Shown here: one piece after another, positions 35,868 through 45,611 of the stretch
Numbering within the stretch: the first letter of the stretch is position 1
How the letters are laid out: each line of letters opens with the position of its first letter
Source: an uncultured Thermoleophilia bacterium
GTDB taxonomy: Bacteria > Actinomycetota > Thermoleophilia > Gaiellales > Gaiellaceae
Reading direction: 5' to 3'
DNA: 64,000 nucleotides
Assembly (NCBI GenBank): GCA_963829285.1
Contig: CAWHHW010000005.1
Span: 167,984 to 231,983, forward strand
The notes under the pieces: model-generated
Told to the model about the DNA's origin: nothing
Databases searched by the model: none
The model's input: the letters and a program-made list of their open reading frames with translations, nothing else
Position numbers and translations under genes: made by a program

Positions 35868-36928
35868 GGAGCCTCGGGCGGATAGTCGGCAACCCCTGGG
35901 CGCGCGGGGCCGTCGTCGTTGCAGGACTCGCCGCCTCGATCGCCGCGATCTGGTGGCGCGGGCCGAACTGGGGGACGGTGTACGACGCCTTCGCGTTCGT
36001 CTCTTGGCGCTGGGTGATCGCCGGCGTCGTCCTCAACCTCCTCAGCGTGCTGGCGCGGTCGCTCTCCTGGCGGATGACGATCAACCAGGCCCTCCCCGAG
36101 CCGCATCCACGGTTCGGCCAGGTCTTCTCTGCCTTCGGGATCGGGCTGCTCGGGAACGCGGTGCTTCCGGCCCGTGCCGGGGAACTCGCTCGCGTCGCCG
36201 TCCTGCGGCGTCATGTCCCGCACGGAAAGGGCACGAGCGCCACGCTCGTCGGAACCGTCTTCGCGCACCGGGTGCTCGATCTCTTCCCCGTCGCATTCCT
36301 CGTTGTCTGGGTGCTTCTGACGGCGAAGATCCCGCAGTGGGCGGTGACGAGCCTGATCGTCTTCGGGCTCGTCGGCGTCGTCCTGCTCGCCGTCGGACTG
36401 CTCTCGGCGCGCACCGGCGGAGGGCGCGTGCTCGACGGGATGGGCAACGTCCGCGACCTGATCACGATGGCGCGACAAGGGCTGGCCGTCCTACGGCGGC
36501 CGATGCCGGCCCTCGGAGCTGCACTCCTGCAGTGCCTCGGCTGGCTGGCGCAGCTCTTTGCCGTCTATGCCGTGATGGAGGCATTCAGTCTCGGCGTGCC
36601 GCTGCCTGCGGCCGGCCTCGTGCTCGTGTTGATGAACGTCGCCACCATCTTCCCGTTCTGGCCCGGCAACGTCGGCCTGCTGCAGGCCGCGGTGGCGCTC
36701 CCGCTCGTGCAGTACGGAGTCCCCTACGGCACCGGCTTTGCGTACGCCCTCGTCCTGCAGGCGGTCGAGATGTCCGTCGGCGTCGGCGTTGGCCTCACCT
36801 TCCTCGCGCGCGAAGGGCTCTCACTCGGGTCGCTGAAGAAGATGGAGGAGGAGCAGGAGGCAGAGGAGAATCGGATCCTTGCAGATCCCGAGGCGGACCT
36901 CGAGGAGACCAGCTCGATCGCGCGCTAG
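35864..36928 (+). CDS. Lysylphosphatidylglycerol synthase TM/flippase-like protein
   Basis: GNAVLPARAGELAR, PGNVG, many TMs. Confidence 0.88.
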   Translation: MRSLGRIVGNPWARGAVVVAGLAASIAAIWWRGPNWGTVYDAFAFVSWRWVIAGVVLNLLSVLARSLSWRMTINQALPEPHPRFGQVFSAFGIGLLGNAVLPARAGELARVAVLRRHVPHGKGTSATLVGTVFAHRVLDLFPVAFLVVWVLLTAKIPQWAVTSLIVFGLVGVVLLAVGLLSARTGGGRVLDGMGNVRDLITMARQGLAVLRRPMPALGAALLQCLGWLAQLFAVYAVMEAFSLGVPLPAAGLVLVLMNVATIFPFWPGNVGLLQAAVALPLVQYGVPYGTGFAYALVLQAVEMSVGVGVGLTFLAREGLSLGSLKKMEEEQEAEENRILADPEADLEETSSIAR

Positions 36929-37335
36929 CGCAACTGAGCCGAGCGGAGCCGCTCGGCGAGAATCTCGAGCAGCTTCCAGGCGAGCTCCGGCCGCTGCTCG
37001 ACGAAGGGCCTGAAGCTCCAGATCGGGAGCGCGTAGGCAATCATCGGCGTCGTTGCCGTCACCGTCGCGGTGCGCGCCGCGCGGTCGACGAGCGCGACCT
37101 CTCCAAAAGAGTTGCCCGGCCCGAGCGTCGCGACGGTGTTGCCCTGTACCGACACCGTTGCCTCGCCGCTCGCGACGATGAAGAAGTTGAGCCCGTCCAC
37201 GCCTTCGGTCGCGATTGCGGTTCCTGCGTCGAAATGCCGCTCGATGAACTCACCGGCGAGGCTCCCGACGGTCTTGTCGTCGAGGTCGGCGAAGAGCGGC
37301 ACGGAACGGATCAGATCGGCTGACGGCTGAGGCAT
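36925..37335 (-). CDS. Cyclic nucleotide-binding domain protein
   Basis: VPLFADL, FGEVALVD..ARTATV. Confidence 0.93.
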   Translation of the reverse strand: MPQPSADLIRSVPLFADLDDKTVGSLAGEFIERHFDAGTAIATEGVDGLNFFIVASGEATVSVQGNTVATLGPGNSFGEVALVDRAARTATVTATTPMIAYALPIWSFRPFVEQRPELAWKLLEILAERLRSAQLR

Positions 37336-37344
37336 GCGCTGACT

Positions 37345-37575
37345 TTACAGCCCGGGCCCGCGTGTGTCACCCTGACCCGGCCCGTCGTCCCCGGCCAGCT
37401 CCTCGATACGGCCCGCCGCCGTCTCGAGCAGCGTCGCACAGCGCCGGTGGAGATCCTCACCGCGTTGCCAGAGCAGGATTGCCTCGTCGACGGCGACATC
37501 GCCGCGCTCGAGCTTGCCGACGATCTCCTCCAGCTCGCGACGCAGTTCCTCGAACGTCGGCTCGGCCTCGCTCAC
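37345..37575 (-). CDS. xseB: Exodeoxyribonuclease VII small subunit
   Basis: TFEE..LEEIVGKLERG. Confidence 0.93.
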   Translation of the reverse strand: MSEAEPTFEELRRELEEIVGKLERGDVAVDEAILLWQRGEDLHRRCATLLETAAGRIEELAGDDGPGQGDTRGPGL

Positions 37576-38726
37576 GGCCGCACCTCCTCGACGGTGACCG
37601 CGAGCCCGCCCGTTGCCAGCTCGATCTCGAGTGGGTTGCCGGGAGCAGTCAGCGCAGCGTCGCGGAGGGCGATCCCCTGCGAGCGGACGACGGCGTAGCC
37701 GCGCCCGAGGGTCGCGCGTGGCGAGAGCGCCTGGAGACGGGCAGCCGCTTGATCGAGCGCGACGCGGCGCCGTTCGAGGAGAAGGAGCGGCGCGGCGCGC
37801 AACCGCTCGCGGCTGCGAACGAGGCGCTCGCTGTCTCGGTCGAGCGTCCGTCGGAGCGAAACGTCGAGGAGATCGCGGAGCCGCCCCAGCCCGGCCTTCA
37901 GCTCGGTCAGGTCGGGCACGACGAGGCGGGCGGCAGCGGTGGGAGTCGAGGCACGGACATCGGCGGCGAGATCACAGAGCGGCGTGTCCTGCTCATGGCC
38001 AACCGCCGAGACGACCGGAACCGGGCAGGCAGCGAACGCGCGCACGACGCGCTCGTCGCTGAACGGCAGCAGATCGTCGAAGCTGCCGCCGCCGCGGGCG
38101 ACGATGACGACATCGACCGCGGGGTGTGCTGCAACCCGGTTGAGAGCGGAGGCGATCCTCTGAGCCGCACCCGCCCCCTGCACACGGGTTTGCGCGAGGA
38201 CGATATGGGCAGCCGGGAAGCGCGCGTGGATTCCGGTCACGACATCGCCTCGCGCAGCCGCGTCCGCTCCCGTCACGACGCCGACCGCGCGCGGGAAGGA
38301 CGGCAGGCGACGCTTGCGCTCGGCTGCGAACAGCCCCTCCTGCGCCAGCGTCCGCTTCAGGCGCTCGATCGCTGCGAGGTGGTCGCCGAGCCCGACCCGC
38401 TCGATCGTCCCTGCCCGGAAGCTGAGCTCGCCCTTCGCCGCGTAGATCTCCGCCTTCCCTTCCACGAGCACGCGCTCGCCATCGCTCAGGCCGAGCTCGA
38501 GCGAATCGAACCGGCGCCGCGGCATGGTGGCGCGCAGGCTGGCCCCGCTCTCGGGATCCTTGAGCGTAAAGAACACGAACGCCCAGGCATCGTTGCGGCG
38601 GAGCTCGGTCACCTCGCCCTCGACCCAGAGCGTGGGGAGCTTGCCGAGGTAGATTCCGATGCCCTCGTTGAAGGCGGAGACGCTGAAGACCTTGCGGTCG
38701 CCGTGGAATGTCGCCTCGACCTTCAT
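37572..38726 (-). CDS. xseA: Exodeoxyribonuclease VII large subunit
   Basis: WVEGEV, VARGGGSFDDL, SAVGHEQD, STPTAAA, LGRGYAV. Confidence 0.96.
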   Translation of the reverse strand: MKVEATFHGDRKVFSVSAFNEGIGIYLGKLPTLWVEGEVTELRRNDAWAFVFFTLKDPESGASLRATMPRRRFDSLELGLSDGERVLVEGKAEIYAAKGELSFRAGTIERVGLGDHLAAIERLKRTLAQEGLFAAERKRRLPSFPRAVGVVTGADAAARGDVVTGIHARFPAAHIVLAQTRVQGAGAAQRIASALNRVAAHPAVDVVIVARGGGSFDDLLPFSDERVVRAFAACPVPVVSAVGHEQDTPLCDLAADVRASTPTAAARLVVPDLTELKAGLGRLRDLLDVSLRRTLDRDSERLVRSRERLRAAPLLLLERRRVALDQAAARLQALSPRATLGRGYAVVRSQGIALRDAALTAPGNPLEIELATGGLAVTVEEVRP

Positions 38727-38757
38727 CCCCTCAGGGTAGACGGCCGGCGTCAGATCG

Positions 38758-38961
38758 TCAGATGAGGATCTCTGCGGCGGTGACCGGCGTGCAGCCTTGC
38801 CGCAGCAGATCGACACACGTATGCAGATCGGCGTCGCTGGCAGCGAGGCGCTCGGCGAGCGGCAGTGGGAAGCCGGCCTCGATCAACACGTGCAGGCGCC
38901 AGCTCTCGACCTTGGCCAGCTCGCTCTCGTGCTCGACGGTTGTCTCTGTCATCTCAGCCAT
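38758..38961 (-). CDS. Small hypothetical protein, paralog of 21436-21666
   Basis: WRLHVLIEAGF..DLHTC..GCTPVTAAEILI. Confidence 0.7.
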   Translation of the reverse strand: MAEMTETTVEHESELAKVESWRLHVLIEAGFPLPLAERLAASDADLHTCVDLLRQGCTPVTAAEILI

Positions 38962-39028
38962 GTGTGCCGGGGGATTCGTGATCGCTTTGACGATCCCTGC
39001 CGCAATTGGTTGGCGGTTTGGCCGACAT

Positions 39029-39946
39029 TTACGGTGCGCTCTCGAGCCGCCGCGCAAGCTCTTCGCGCATCAGCAGCTCGACGGCGCGGTCGAGCTCGCG
39101 GGCGAGTTTCGTGGTCGCCTCCTCGCGAATCTCGCGCATGCGCTCGTCGAACATCGTCGTCGCGATCTGCGCGTGACGGTCGATCTCGCGTTCCGTCACC
39201 TTTTCCAGGCGCTCGGTCTGGCGCCGCTCGAACTCGATCAGCGTCACCTCGAGCCGGGCGCGGGCGTCTGTCTCGGCCTGCTCGATCCCTTCGGCGATCG
39301 CCCCTTCCCTGGCCCGCAGCCGCTCGGTGATCTCCTCGATCGAGCGCCGTCGCTCGATCGTCTGGGACTCCAGCTCGTCGAGGGCCTCGCTCACCGCCGA
39401 GGCTGCTGCTCGCTCGAGCTCCTCGCGCACCCGGATCACGGCCCGCCGCTGCTCGTCGCTCGTCGAGCCGAGCTCGGCCGCCTCACGGTCGATCCGCATC
39501 TCGACATCGGCGAACGCTTGCTGCTGCTTCTGCGTCAGGCGCGCGAGTTGAGTTTCGAGGTGGCGCTCGGCGCGCTCGAGGTCGTCGGCGACGCCTTGCA
39601 GCCTCTCGTCGAGCCTGCGCTCGACATCCGTGAGCGTGTCCGCGAGCGCTTCGCCGGCCCTCCGTTCCCGCTCGGCGAACGTCGCCCGCCGTTCCTCGCC
39701 GAGACGGCGTTCCTCGGCGGCGAGCTGGGAGACGGTGTCGGCTCGTGCCAGGGCGAGGGCCTGGCGGATCTCCTCGGTGTGCCGTGCTGTCTCCTCGGCG
39801 ACGGCAGCGTGGATCCGGCTCCTGGACTCGGCGATCATGGCGTCGGTCGCGGCCGCGCGCTTGCTGGCGCGGCGCAGCGCGAGCCAGAGGCCGATCGCGA
39901 CGGCGAGGGCAGCGGCGAGTCCCGCGGCCAGGATCCAGACGATCAC
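39029..39946 (-). CDS. Membrane-anchored coiled-coil protein
   Basis: N-terminal TM followed by E/R/A-rich helix. Confidence 0.75.
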   Translation of the reverse strand: MIVWILAAGLAAALAVAIGLWLALRRASKRAAATDAMIAESRSRIHAAVAEETARHTEEIRQALALARADTVSQLAAEERRLGEERRATFAERERRAGEALADTLTDVERRLDERLQGVADDLERAERHLETQLARLTQKQQQAFADVEMRIDREAAELGSTSDEQRRAVIRVREELERAAASAVSEALDELESQTIERRRSIEEITERLRAREGAIAEGIEQAETDARARLEVTLIEFERRQTERLEKVTEREIDRHAQIATTMFDERMREIREEATTKLARELDRAVELLMREELARRLESAP

Positions 39947-39959
39947 GACCGAACGCTAG

Positions 39960-40676
39960 CTACAGGCGGAACGCGACGAGCGCGGCCGCGATCAGGATTG
40001 CCGAGAGCGCCAGGAGTCGCAGCGCGCTCTCGGGTGCGGCAATCAGGGTCTCACGTGAGATCGCTTCCCGGCCGCCGTCGGCGGTCTCGAGCTCACCGTT
40101 GACCGCGACGACATCCCGCCGCAGATGCCGAACGGGAGTCGAGAGCCGCCGCTGCGCCAGCACGAAGACGGCGGCCCACGCTGCCGCAACGAACGCCGGC
40201 GCGCGCAGCGTCCCGGAGCTCGCGAGGTAGCCGGTGACGACCGGGAACGCTCCCCAGGCGAGCGCCAGCCAGAGGTCGGAGTGGAAGCGGCCGCCGAAGA
40301 GCTCGAGGTTGTAGGCCGGCACGATGAACGCTCCGAACGCAACCAACGGCAGGATCCAGAGGCTGAAGCCGATCGCCACGGCGATGCCGATCGCGCAGGC
40401 CCCGACGAGCGACATGACTGCCAGCGCGATCAGCACCGGCCCCGGGATCGCGGTCTGAAGCGGCCGCCCGGCAAGCTCGTCGAGGGCGTGGGCGCCGATG
40501 CCAAGGGCCAGGAAGAACGCGAGCGCCGTCAGCCCGAGCCGGCTCCACGAGACCGAGGCAACGAGGCAGCCGCCAACGACGACATACGCGAGGTTCCACG
40601 CGGTGTAGGGGAGATGCAGCAGCGTCACGTAGTCGCGCCAGCCGCCGGGCCGGAGGGAGTAGAACGCCGGCCTCAT
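39960..40676 (-). CDS. Multi-pass membrane protein (UbiA-like possible)
   Basis: TLLHLPYT, AHALDEL; coupled to methyltransferase. Confidence 0.7.
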   Translation of the reverse strand: MRPAFYSLRPGGWRDYVTLLHLPYTAWNLAYVVVGGCLVASVSWSRLGLTALAFFLALGIGAHALDELAGRPLQTAIPGPVLIALAVMSLVGACAIGIAVAIGFSLWILPLVAFGAFIVPAYNLELFGGRFHSDLWLALAWGAFPVVTGYLASSGTLRAPAFVAAAWAAVFVLAQRRLSTPVRHLRRDVVAVNGELETADGGREAISRETLIAAPESALRLLALSAILIAAALVAFRL

Positions 40677-41359
40677 GCGCGGATGCCCCAGATCACGACA
40701 CCGCCGCCGAGGCTCATCCGGCGAGCGCGCACGTCGACGATCCCCGCCTCCTGCCACAACTCGAGCTGGCGCTCGAGCGGCCACTGATGGTAGAGCCCTC
40801 GGATCGAGGGGCCGAGGAACCGGCCGGCCTCGTACCACCCCTGCGAGACGAGCCGGCCCGCGAGAGGAAGGCCGACGCGGACGTAGAGCTCCCAGAAAGG
40901 TCGCCAGACGCCGCGCGGCACGCAGAACTCCAGCGAGGCGATCGTTCCCCCGGGCCTGACGACGCGGGCGAGCTCGGCGAGCGCGGCACCGGGATCGTCG
41001 ACGTAGCGGAGCAGATAGGTGAACGTGAGGTGGTCGAACGACGCATTCGGGAACGGGATCTCCGTGGCCGACGCCTCGATCAGCTCGACGCTGTCACCGA
41101 ACCGCTTTCGCGCGACCACCAGCATCTCCGGGCTCTGATCCAGACCCGTGACAGGGTGGCCTCGGGCGAGGAGCTGCTCCGCCACGAGCCCTGTTCCGGT
41201 GGCGACATCGAGCACGGTGCCGCCGTCCCGAGGGATGCGCGAAACCATCGCCCGCCGCCAGCGGGGATCCTGGCCGAGCGACAGCACGGCGCCGACCCGG
41301 TCGTAGCTCGGGCCGAGCGGCGCAAAGAGCGTGCGGGCATGGGCGCGTCTCTCCGACAT
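40673..41359 (-). CDS. UbiE/MenG-family methyltransferase
   Basis: YDRVGAVLSLGQDPRWRR, LDVATGTG, RVVRPGG. Confidence 0.9.
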   Translation of the reverse strand: MSERRAHARTLFAPLGPSYDRVGAVLSLGQDPRWRRAMVSRIPRDGGTVLDVATGTGLVAEQLLARGHPVTGLDQSPEMLVVARKRFGDSVELIEASATEIPFPNASFDHLTFTYLLRYVDDPGAALAELARVVRPGGTIASLEFCVPRGVWRPFWELYVRVGLPLAGRLVSQGWYEAGRFLGPSIRGLYHQWPLERQLELWQEAGIVDVRARRMSLGGGVVIWGIRA

Positions 41360-41378
41360 CAGCCCCTATCCTGGCACG

Positions 41379-41933
41379 GTGACGCTGCTCGCCGATCTCG
41401 AGCGCATCGCTGCGGGTGCAGCCGTCTTCGCGCCGGAGGGCGGGGCGGTCGGTGCGGTGCTCGCGGCCGAGCCGACCCCGGGTAGGCGCTCGTACCTGTG
41501 CGCATTCGAGACGGCCGACGGATCGCGCTCCTGGCTCGTCGTCGACGACGAAGGCAAAGCGGTCTCGGCGCGGCGGGATGTCAAAGACACGGTCTCGATG
41601 GCGGCGCTGTGTGAGATTGCCGAGGAGTCGGCGCTGGGCGGAGACCTCGACGAGCTCCTAGCGCAGCTCGTCGCCTTGCGGTTGACGGAGAGCCCGGAGG
41701 GAATCGGCGAGGCGGAGGACGCCGTGCGCGCGCTCCAGCGGACGATCGGAACGCCGCCGCAGCTCGCCTCGCCCGCGAGACTGGACGAGATCGGCGCCGC
41801 GACGAGGCGGCTCGAGCAGGCGCTCGATCCCGCGGCCGCCTCGCCGTTCACGGCGGCGCTGAAATCCGCCCAGGGAACGATCGACGAGCTGTTGCACGAG
41901 GTCGAGCAGACGTACGTCGTACCACTGACCTAG
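41379..41933 (+). CDS. Hypothetical protein
   Basis: Coding-like ORF with TATCCT-N6-GTG start. Confidence 0.7.
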   Translation: MTLLADLERIAAGAAVFAPEGGAVGAVLAAEPTPGRRSYLCAFETADGSRSWLVVDDEGKAVSARRDVKDTVSMAALCEIAEESALGGDLDELLAQLVALRLTESPEGIGEAEDAVRALQRTIGTPPQLASPARLDEIGAATRRLEQALDPAAASPFTAALKSAQGTIDELLHEVEQTYVVPLT

Positions 41934-41982
41934 TGACAAAGTGTTACAAGGTTCGCGCCGCGCGCTCGGGTAGGCTGACGGC

Positions 41983-42273
41983 ATGGAAGGCGGCGGATTC
42001 TTCCCGTTTGGCGGCGATCCCGAGGAGATCCTGAAGGGTCTGCGCGAGTTTGCGGAGACCCAGTCGGAGAGCGTCAAGGACGCCCAGCGCGAGCAGTTTG
42101 CGACCTTGACGTTGAGCACCGCAGTCGAGCTGACCGCGGCGGCGCTGAAGCAGGTTCAGCCCGCAGGCGGCGTCGACGAGCAGGCGGTTGCCCTTCGCGA
42201 CGCGATGCGCGTGCTCTTTCCCGAGGCAGTGGCGCTCGTGAGCGCAGCCCGCCAGGGCTTCATGCGCGAGTAG
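41983..42273 (+). CDS. Hypothetical protein
   Basis: TAGGCT-N6-ATG start, coding-like. Confidence 0.7.
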   Translation: MEGGGFFPFGGDPEEILKGLREFAETQSESVKDAQREQFATLTLSTAVELTAAALKQVQPAGGVDEQAVALRDAMRVLFPEAVALVSAARQGFMRE

Positions 42274-42276
42274 AGC

Positions 42277-43185
42277 GTGGGTCTCCTCGACCGCGCTGTC
42301 GCGTCGCTGCTTCCCGTCGTTCCCCGTTCGGTCGTCGGACGCGTATCGGCGCCGTACATCGCCGGCACGACGCTCGGGGACGCCCGCCGCACCGTCGAGA
42401 CGCTGAACGCGGGCGGGATGCGCGCGACGGTCGACGTGCTCGGTGAGGAGATCCACAACGAGCAGGAGGCGCGGGCGATCGCGGAGAGCTACGGCGCCCT
42501 GCTCACCGAGATCGACACGGGTCGCCTCGACGCGAACGTCTCGGTCAAGCTCACCGGGCTCGGGCTGAAGCTCGACCTCGATCTTTGTCGCTCCCTGCTC
42601 GAGGATCTCGTGCGAGACGCGGAGGCGCGGGACTCCTTCGTCCGGATCGACATGGAGGACTCGTCCTGCGTCGATGCCACGCTCGATCTCTACCGCGGTT
42701 TGCGAGCGGTCGGGCTCGAGAACGTGGGGATCGTGCTGCAGGCCTGTCTGAGGCGGACGCGCGCGGACATCGACGACCTGCGCGACCTGCATCCGAGCGT
42801 GCGGCTCTGCAAGGGCATCTACGTCGAGCCGGACGCGATCGCCTTCCAGGGCGCCAAGGCCGTACGTCGGTCATACGTGTCGTGCCTCGATGCGCTGTTC
42901 GAGAACGGCCAGTGGGTCGGGATCGCGACGCACGACGAGTTCCTGCTCGGCGAGGCGCTGGACCGAGTCGGGGCGCTGCAGCCCGAGGCGTACGAGTTCC
43001 AGATGCTGCTCGGGGTGCGCGCGAGCCGGGCCCGTGAGCTCGTTGCAGCCGGGCACCCCCTGCGTGTCTACGTCCCGTTCGGGCAGCGCTGGTACGAGTA
43101 CTCGTTGCGGCGGCTGCAAGAAAGCCCTCACATGGCGGGCGCGGTGGCGAAGGCGACCGTCGCGAGAGCCGTCGGCCGAGCCTAG
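42277..43185 (+). CDS. Monofunctional proline dehydrogenase
   Basis: SVKLTGLG, RIDMED, RLCKGIY, IATHD, FQMLLG, RVYVPFG. Confidence 0.95.
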   Translation: MGLLDRAVASLLPVVPRSVVGRVSAPYIAGTTLGDARRTVETLNAGGMRATVDVLGEEIHNEQEARAIAESYGALLTEIDTGRLDANVSVKLTGLGLKLDLDLCRSLLEDLVRDAEARDSFVRIDMEDSSCVDATLDLYRGLRAVGLENVGIVLQACLRRTRADIDDLRDLHPSVRLCKGIYVEPDAIAFQGAKAVRRSYVSCLDALFENGQWVGIATHDEFLLGEALDRVGALQPEAYEFQMLLGVRASRARELVAAGHPLRVYVPFGQRWYEYSLRRLQESPHMAGAVAKATVARAVGRA

Positions 43186-43186
43186 C

Positions 43187-43912
43187 TCAGGCCGTGAGGC
43201 TGAAGCCCCCGTCGACGATGAGCGTCTGGCCGCGCACCATCTCGGCGTCGGCCGAGCTGAGGAAGGCGACTGCACCCGCCATGTCCTCGGGGTTGACCAT
43301 CCGCCCGGCCGCGTTGTCGGTCCCCATTGCCCGCATCTCCTCCCGGTTCGGGAAGTGGTCGAGCGCGCCGGTTTCGACGACCCCACCCGAGACGGCGTTG
43401 ACGCGAATCCCGGCCGGGCCGAGCTCGACCGCGAGGTAGCGCACGAGCGACTCGAGCGCCGCCTTCGAGGTGCCGACGAGGGCGTAGTTCTCGAGCACGC
43501 GGACCGAGCCGAGGCTCGAGATGGCGACGATCGACGACCCAGCGGGCATGGTCGGGGCGATCGCGCGGGTGAGCGAGAGAAAGGCGCGCGCGTTCGCGTT
43601 CAGCGTCCAGTCCCAGTGCTTGTCCTCGGTCTCCAGCGCGGGGCGGATCACCCCGGTGGCCGCGTTGTGGACGAAGACGTCGAGCGGCCCGAGCTCGCGC
43701 ACCTGCTGGAGGAGAGGCTCGGAGGTGACGTTGCCGCGCACGAGCACGGGCTCGGCGCCGAGAGCGCGCAACTCGTCCGCCGTCTCTTCGGCAGCCGAGT
43801 CCGAGCGCATGTACCCGATCGCGACGCGGGTGGCGCCGTCGCGGGCGAAGCGGAGGGCGATCGCCTTGCCGATCCCGCGCGAGCCGCCCGTGACGAGGAC
43901 GGAACGACCCAT
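43187..43912 (-). CDS. SDR oxidoreductase (FabL-like enoyl-ACP reductase)
   Basis: TGGSRGIG, NAATGVIRP, YALVGTSKAA. Confidence 0.92.
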   Translation of the reverse strand: MGRSVLVTGGSRGIGKAIALRFARDGATRVAIGYMRSDSAAEETADELRALGAEPVLVRGNVTSEPLLQQVRELGPLDVFVHNAATGVIRPALETEDKHWDWTLNANARAFLSLTRAIAPTMPAGSSIVAISSLGSVRVLENYALVGTSKAALESLVRYLAVELGPAGIRVNAVSGGVVETGALDHFPNREEMRAMGTDNAAGRMVNPEDMAGAVAFLSSADAEMVRGQTLIVDGGFSLTA

Positions 43913-44193
43913 CAGCCGGTGCGGGGAAGCGGCCGCGTGACGGGCGCCGAGGACGGAATCTCGTCCCAGCCGATCCGCGTGCGGGGCTCCTCGGGCTTGT
44001 CGTCGTCGGCCTTCGAGGATGCGTAGCCGAGATCGTCGAGCAGCCGAATCTTCTCCTCGCCGAAGGTCCGCACCGGGTCGTCTTCCGGCAGATCCGCGAT
44101 CAGCTCCCGCACCCGCGCCCTCAGCTGGAAAGCGAAGTGGGGAGTCGCGGGCCCGACGAGGGCCTCGATGTCGTCGAAGGTCGGTGCTTCCAT
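43912..44193 (-). CDS. Hypothetical protein
   Basis: Translationally coupled to SDR. Confidence 0.65.
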   Translation of the reverse strand: MEAPTFDDIEALVGPATPHFAFQLRARVRELIADLPEDDPVRTFGEEKIRLLDDLGYASSKADDDKPEEPRTRIGWDEIPSSAPVTRPLPRTG

Positions 44194-44235
44194 TGCTGCG
44201 GAAGCCTAACGACTCCCGCGCAGTACGCTGCGCCG

Positions 44236-45579
44236 GTGAGCCCGCAGCGTCGAACTGCGCTCGTCTCGGTCGGTGCTGCGCTGGCGCTGATGGGGATCAA
44301 GCTCGCCACGGGGCTTGCCAGCGGCAGCCTCGGGCTCGTCTCCGAAGCGCTGCACTCGGGCACGGACCTCGTCGCAGCGCTCCTCACGTTCTTCGCGATC
44401 GGCGTTGCCGGCCGGCCGGCCGATCGCTCGCATCCCTACGGCCACGGCAAGGCCGAGCACCTGGCCGCGTTGGCGGAGGCGTTCGTGCTGCTGCTCGTCA
44501 GCGTCGTCGTCGGGGCGCTGGCCGTCGCGCGGCTCGCCGGCTGGATCGAGATCACGACCTCGACCGCGTGGTGGGTGTTCGCTGCGATCGGAGCCGTGAT
44601 CCTGATCGACGTGTCGCGCACGTTCGTCTCCGTGCGGGCGGCCCGCAAGTTCGCGAGCCCGGCGCTGGCCTCGAACGCCGTCCATTTCGGGAGCGATCTC
44701 GCGGGCACCCTCGCCGTGCTCACGGGGCTGCTCGCCGTCCGCGCCGGTTGGCCGTCCGGCGACTCGATCGCTGCGCTGTTCGTTGCGTTCCTCGTCGTCA
44801 CAGCGGCCGCCCGCCTGATCCGCCGCAACGTCGACGTGCTGATGGACAGGGCGCCCGCCGACGTGGTGCACGCTGCGCGGGCTGCGATCGCAAGGCTCGA
44901 TCCTCCCGTCGAGGTGCGCCGGCTGCGGCTGCGCCAGGCTGCCGGGCGCACGTTCACCGACGTCGTGATCGGCGTCTCTCCGGGAGCTGCCGTAGGCCAG
45001 GGGCACGCCGTCGCGGATCGCGTCGAAGCGGCCGTTCAGAGCGCGCTGCCCGGCAGCGACGTCGTCGTCCATGTCGAGCCGGCGGGCACGGAGGCCGCGC
45101 TGCGCGAACGCGTACTCGAATCCGCGATGGCGGTCGCACGCGTCCGCGAGATCCACAACCTCTCCGTGATCGAGTTGCCCGACGGCGTCCACGTGTCGCT
45201 GCACCTCAAGCTGCCCGGCGAGCTCCCGCTCGATGAGGCGCACGCGATCGCCGAGCAGGTCGAGCGGGCGATCGTCGACGGAGTGCCGGAGGTCGTCGAG
45301 GTGCAGAGCCATCTGGAACCGCTCGCGGAGCCGGCAGCGGGCCGCATAGCCAACGAGAACCCCGCCGAGATCGAACGACTCGTCCGTGCCTCGACCGGCG
45401 CGTCCCCGCGGGCCGTCCGCTTCCTGCAGACCGGCGAAGGGCTCATCGTCTTCGTCACGCTCGTCGTCGATCCGGCCAAGACCCTCGCCGAAGCCCATGC
45501 GACCGCCTCGAGCGTGGAGGAGGAGATCAGGTCCGCTTCGCCCGGGATCGCCGAGGTGATCGTCCACACCGAGCCCTGA
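44236..45579 (+). CDS. Cation diffusion facilitator with three C-terminal dimerisation domains
   Basis: SEALHSGTD, HPYGHGKAE; three H..A..VE...VH.EP repeats. Confidence 0.93.
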   Translation: MSPQRRTALVSVGAALALMGIKLATGLASGSLGLVSEALHSGTDLVAALLTFFAIGVAGRPADRSHPYGHGKAEHLAALAEAFVLLLVSVVVGALAVARLAGWIEITTSTAWWVFAAIGAVILIDVSRTFVSVRAARKFASPALASNAVHFGSDLAGTLAVLTGLLAVRAGWPSGDSIAALFVAFLVVTAAARLIRRNVDVLMDRAPADVVHAARAAIARLDPPVEVRRLRLRQAAGRTFTDVVIGVSPGAAVGQGHAVADRVEAAVQSALPGSDVVVHVEPAGTEAALRERVLESAMAVARVREIHNLSVIELPDGVHVSLHLKLPGELPLDEAHAIAEQVERAIVDGVPEVVEVQSHLEPLAEPAAGRIANENPAEIERLVRASTGASPRAVRFLQTGEGLIVFVTLVVDPAKTLAEAHATASSVEEEIRSASPGIAEVIVHTEP

Positions 45580-45611
45580 GCAGCAGTCGAGCAGGTTGAA
45601 TAGGCCGAGCG

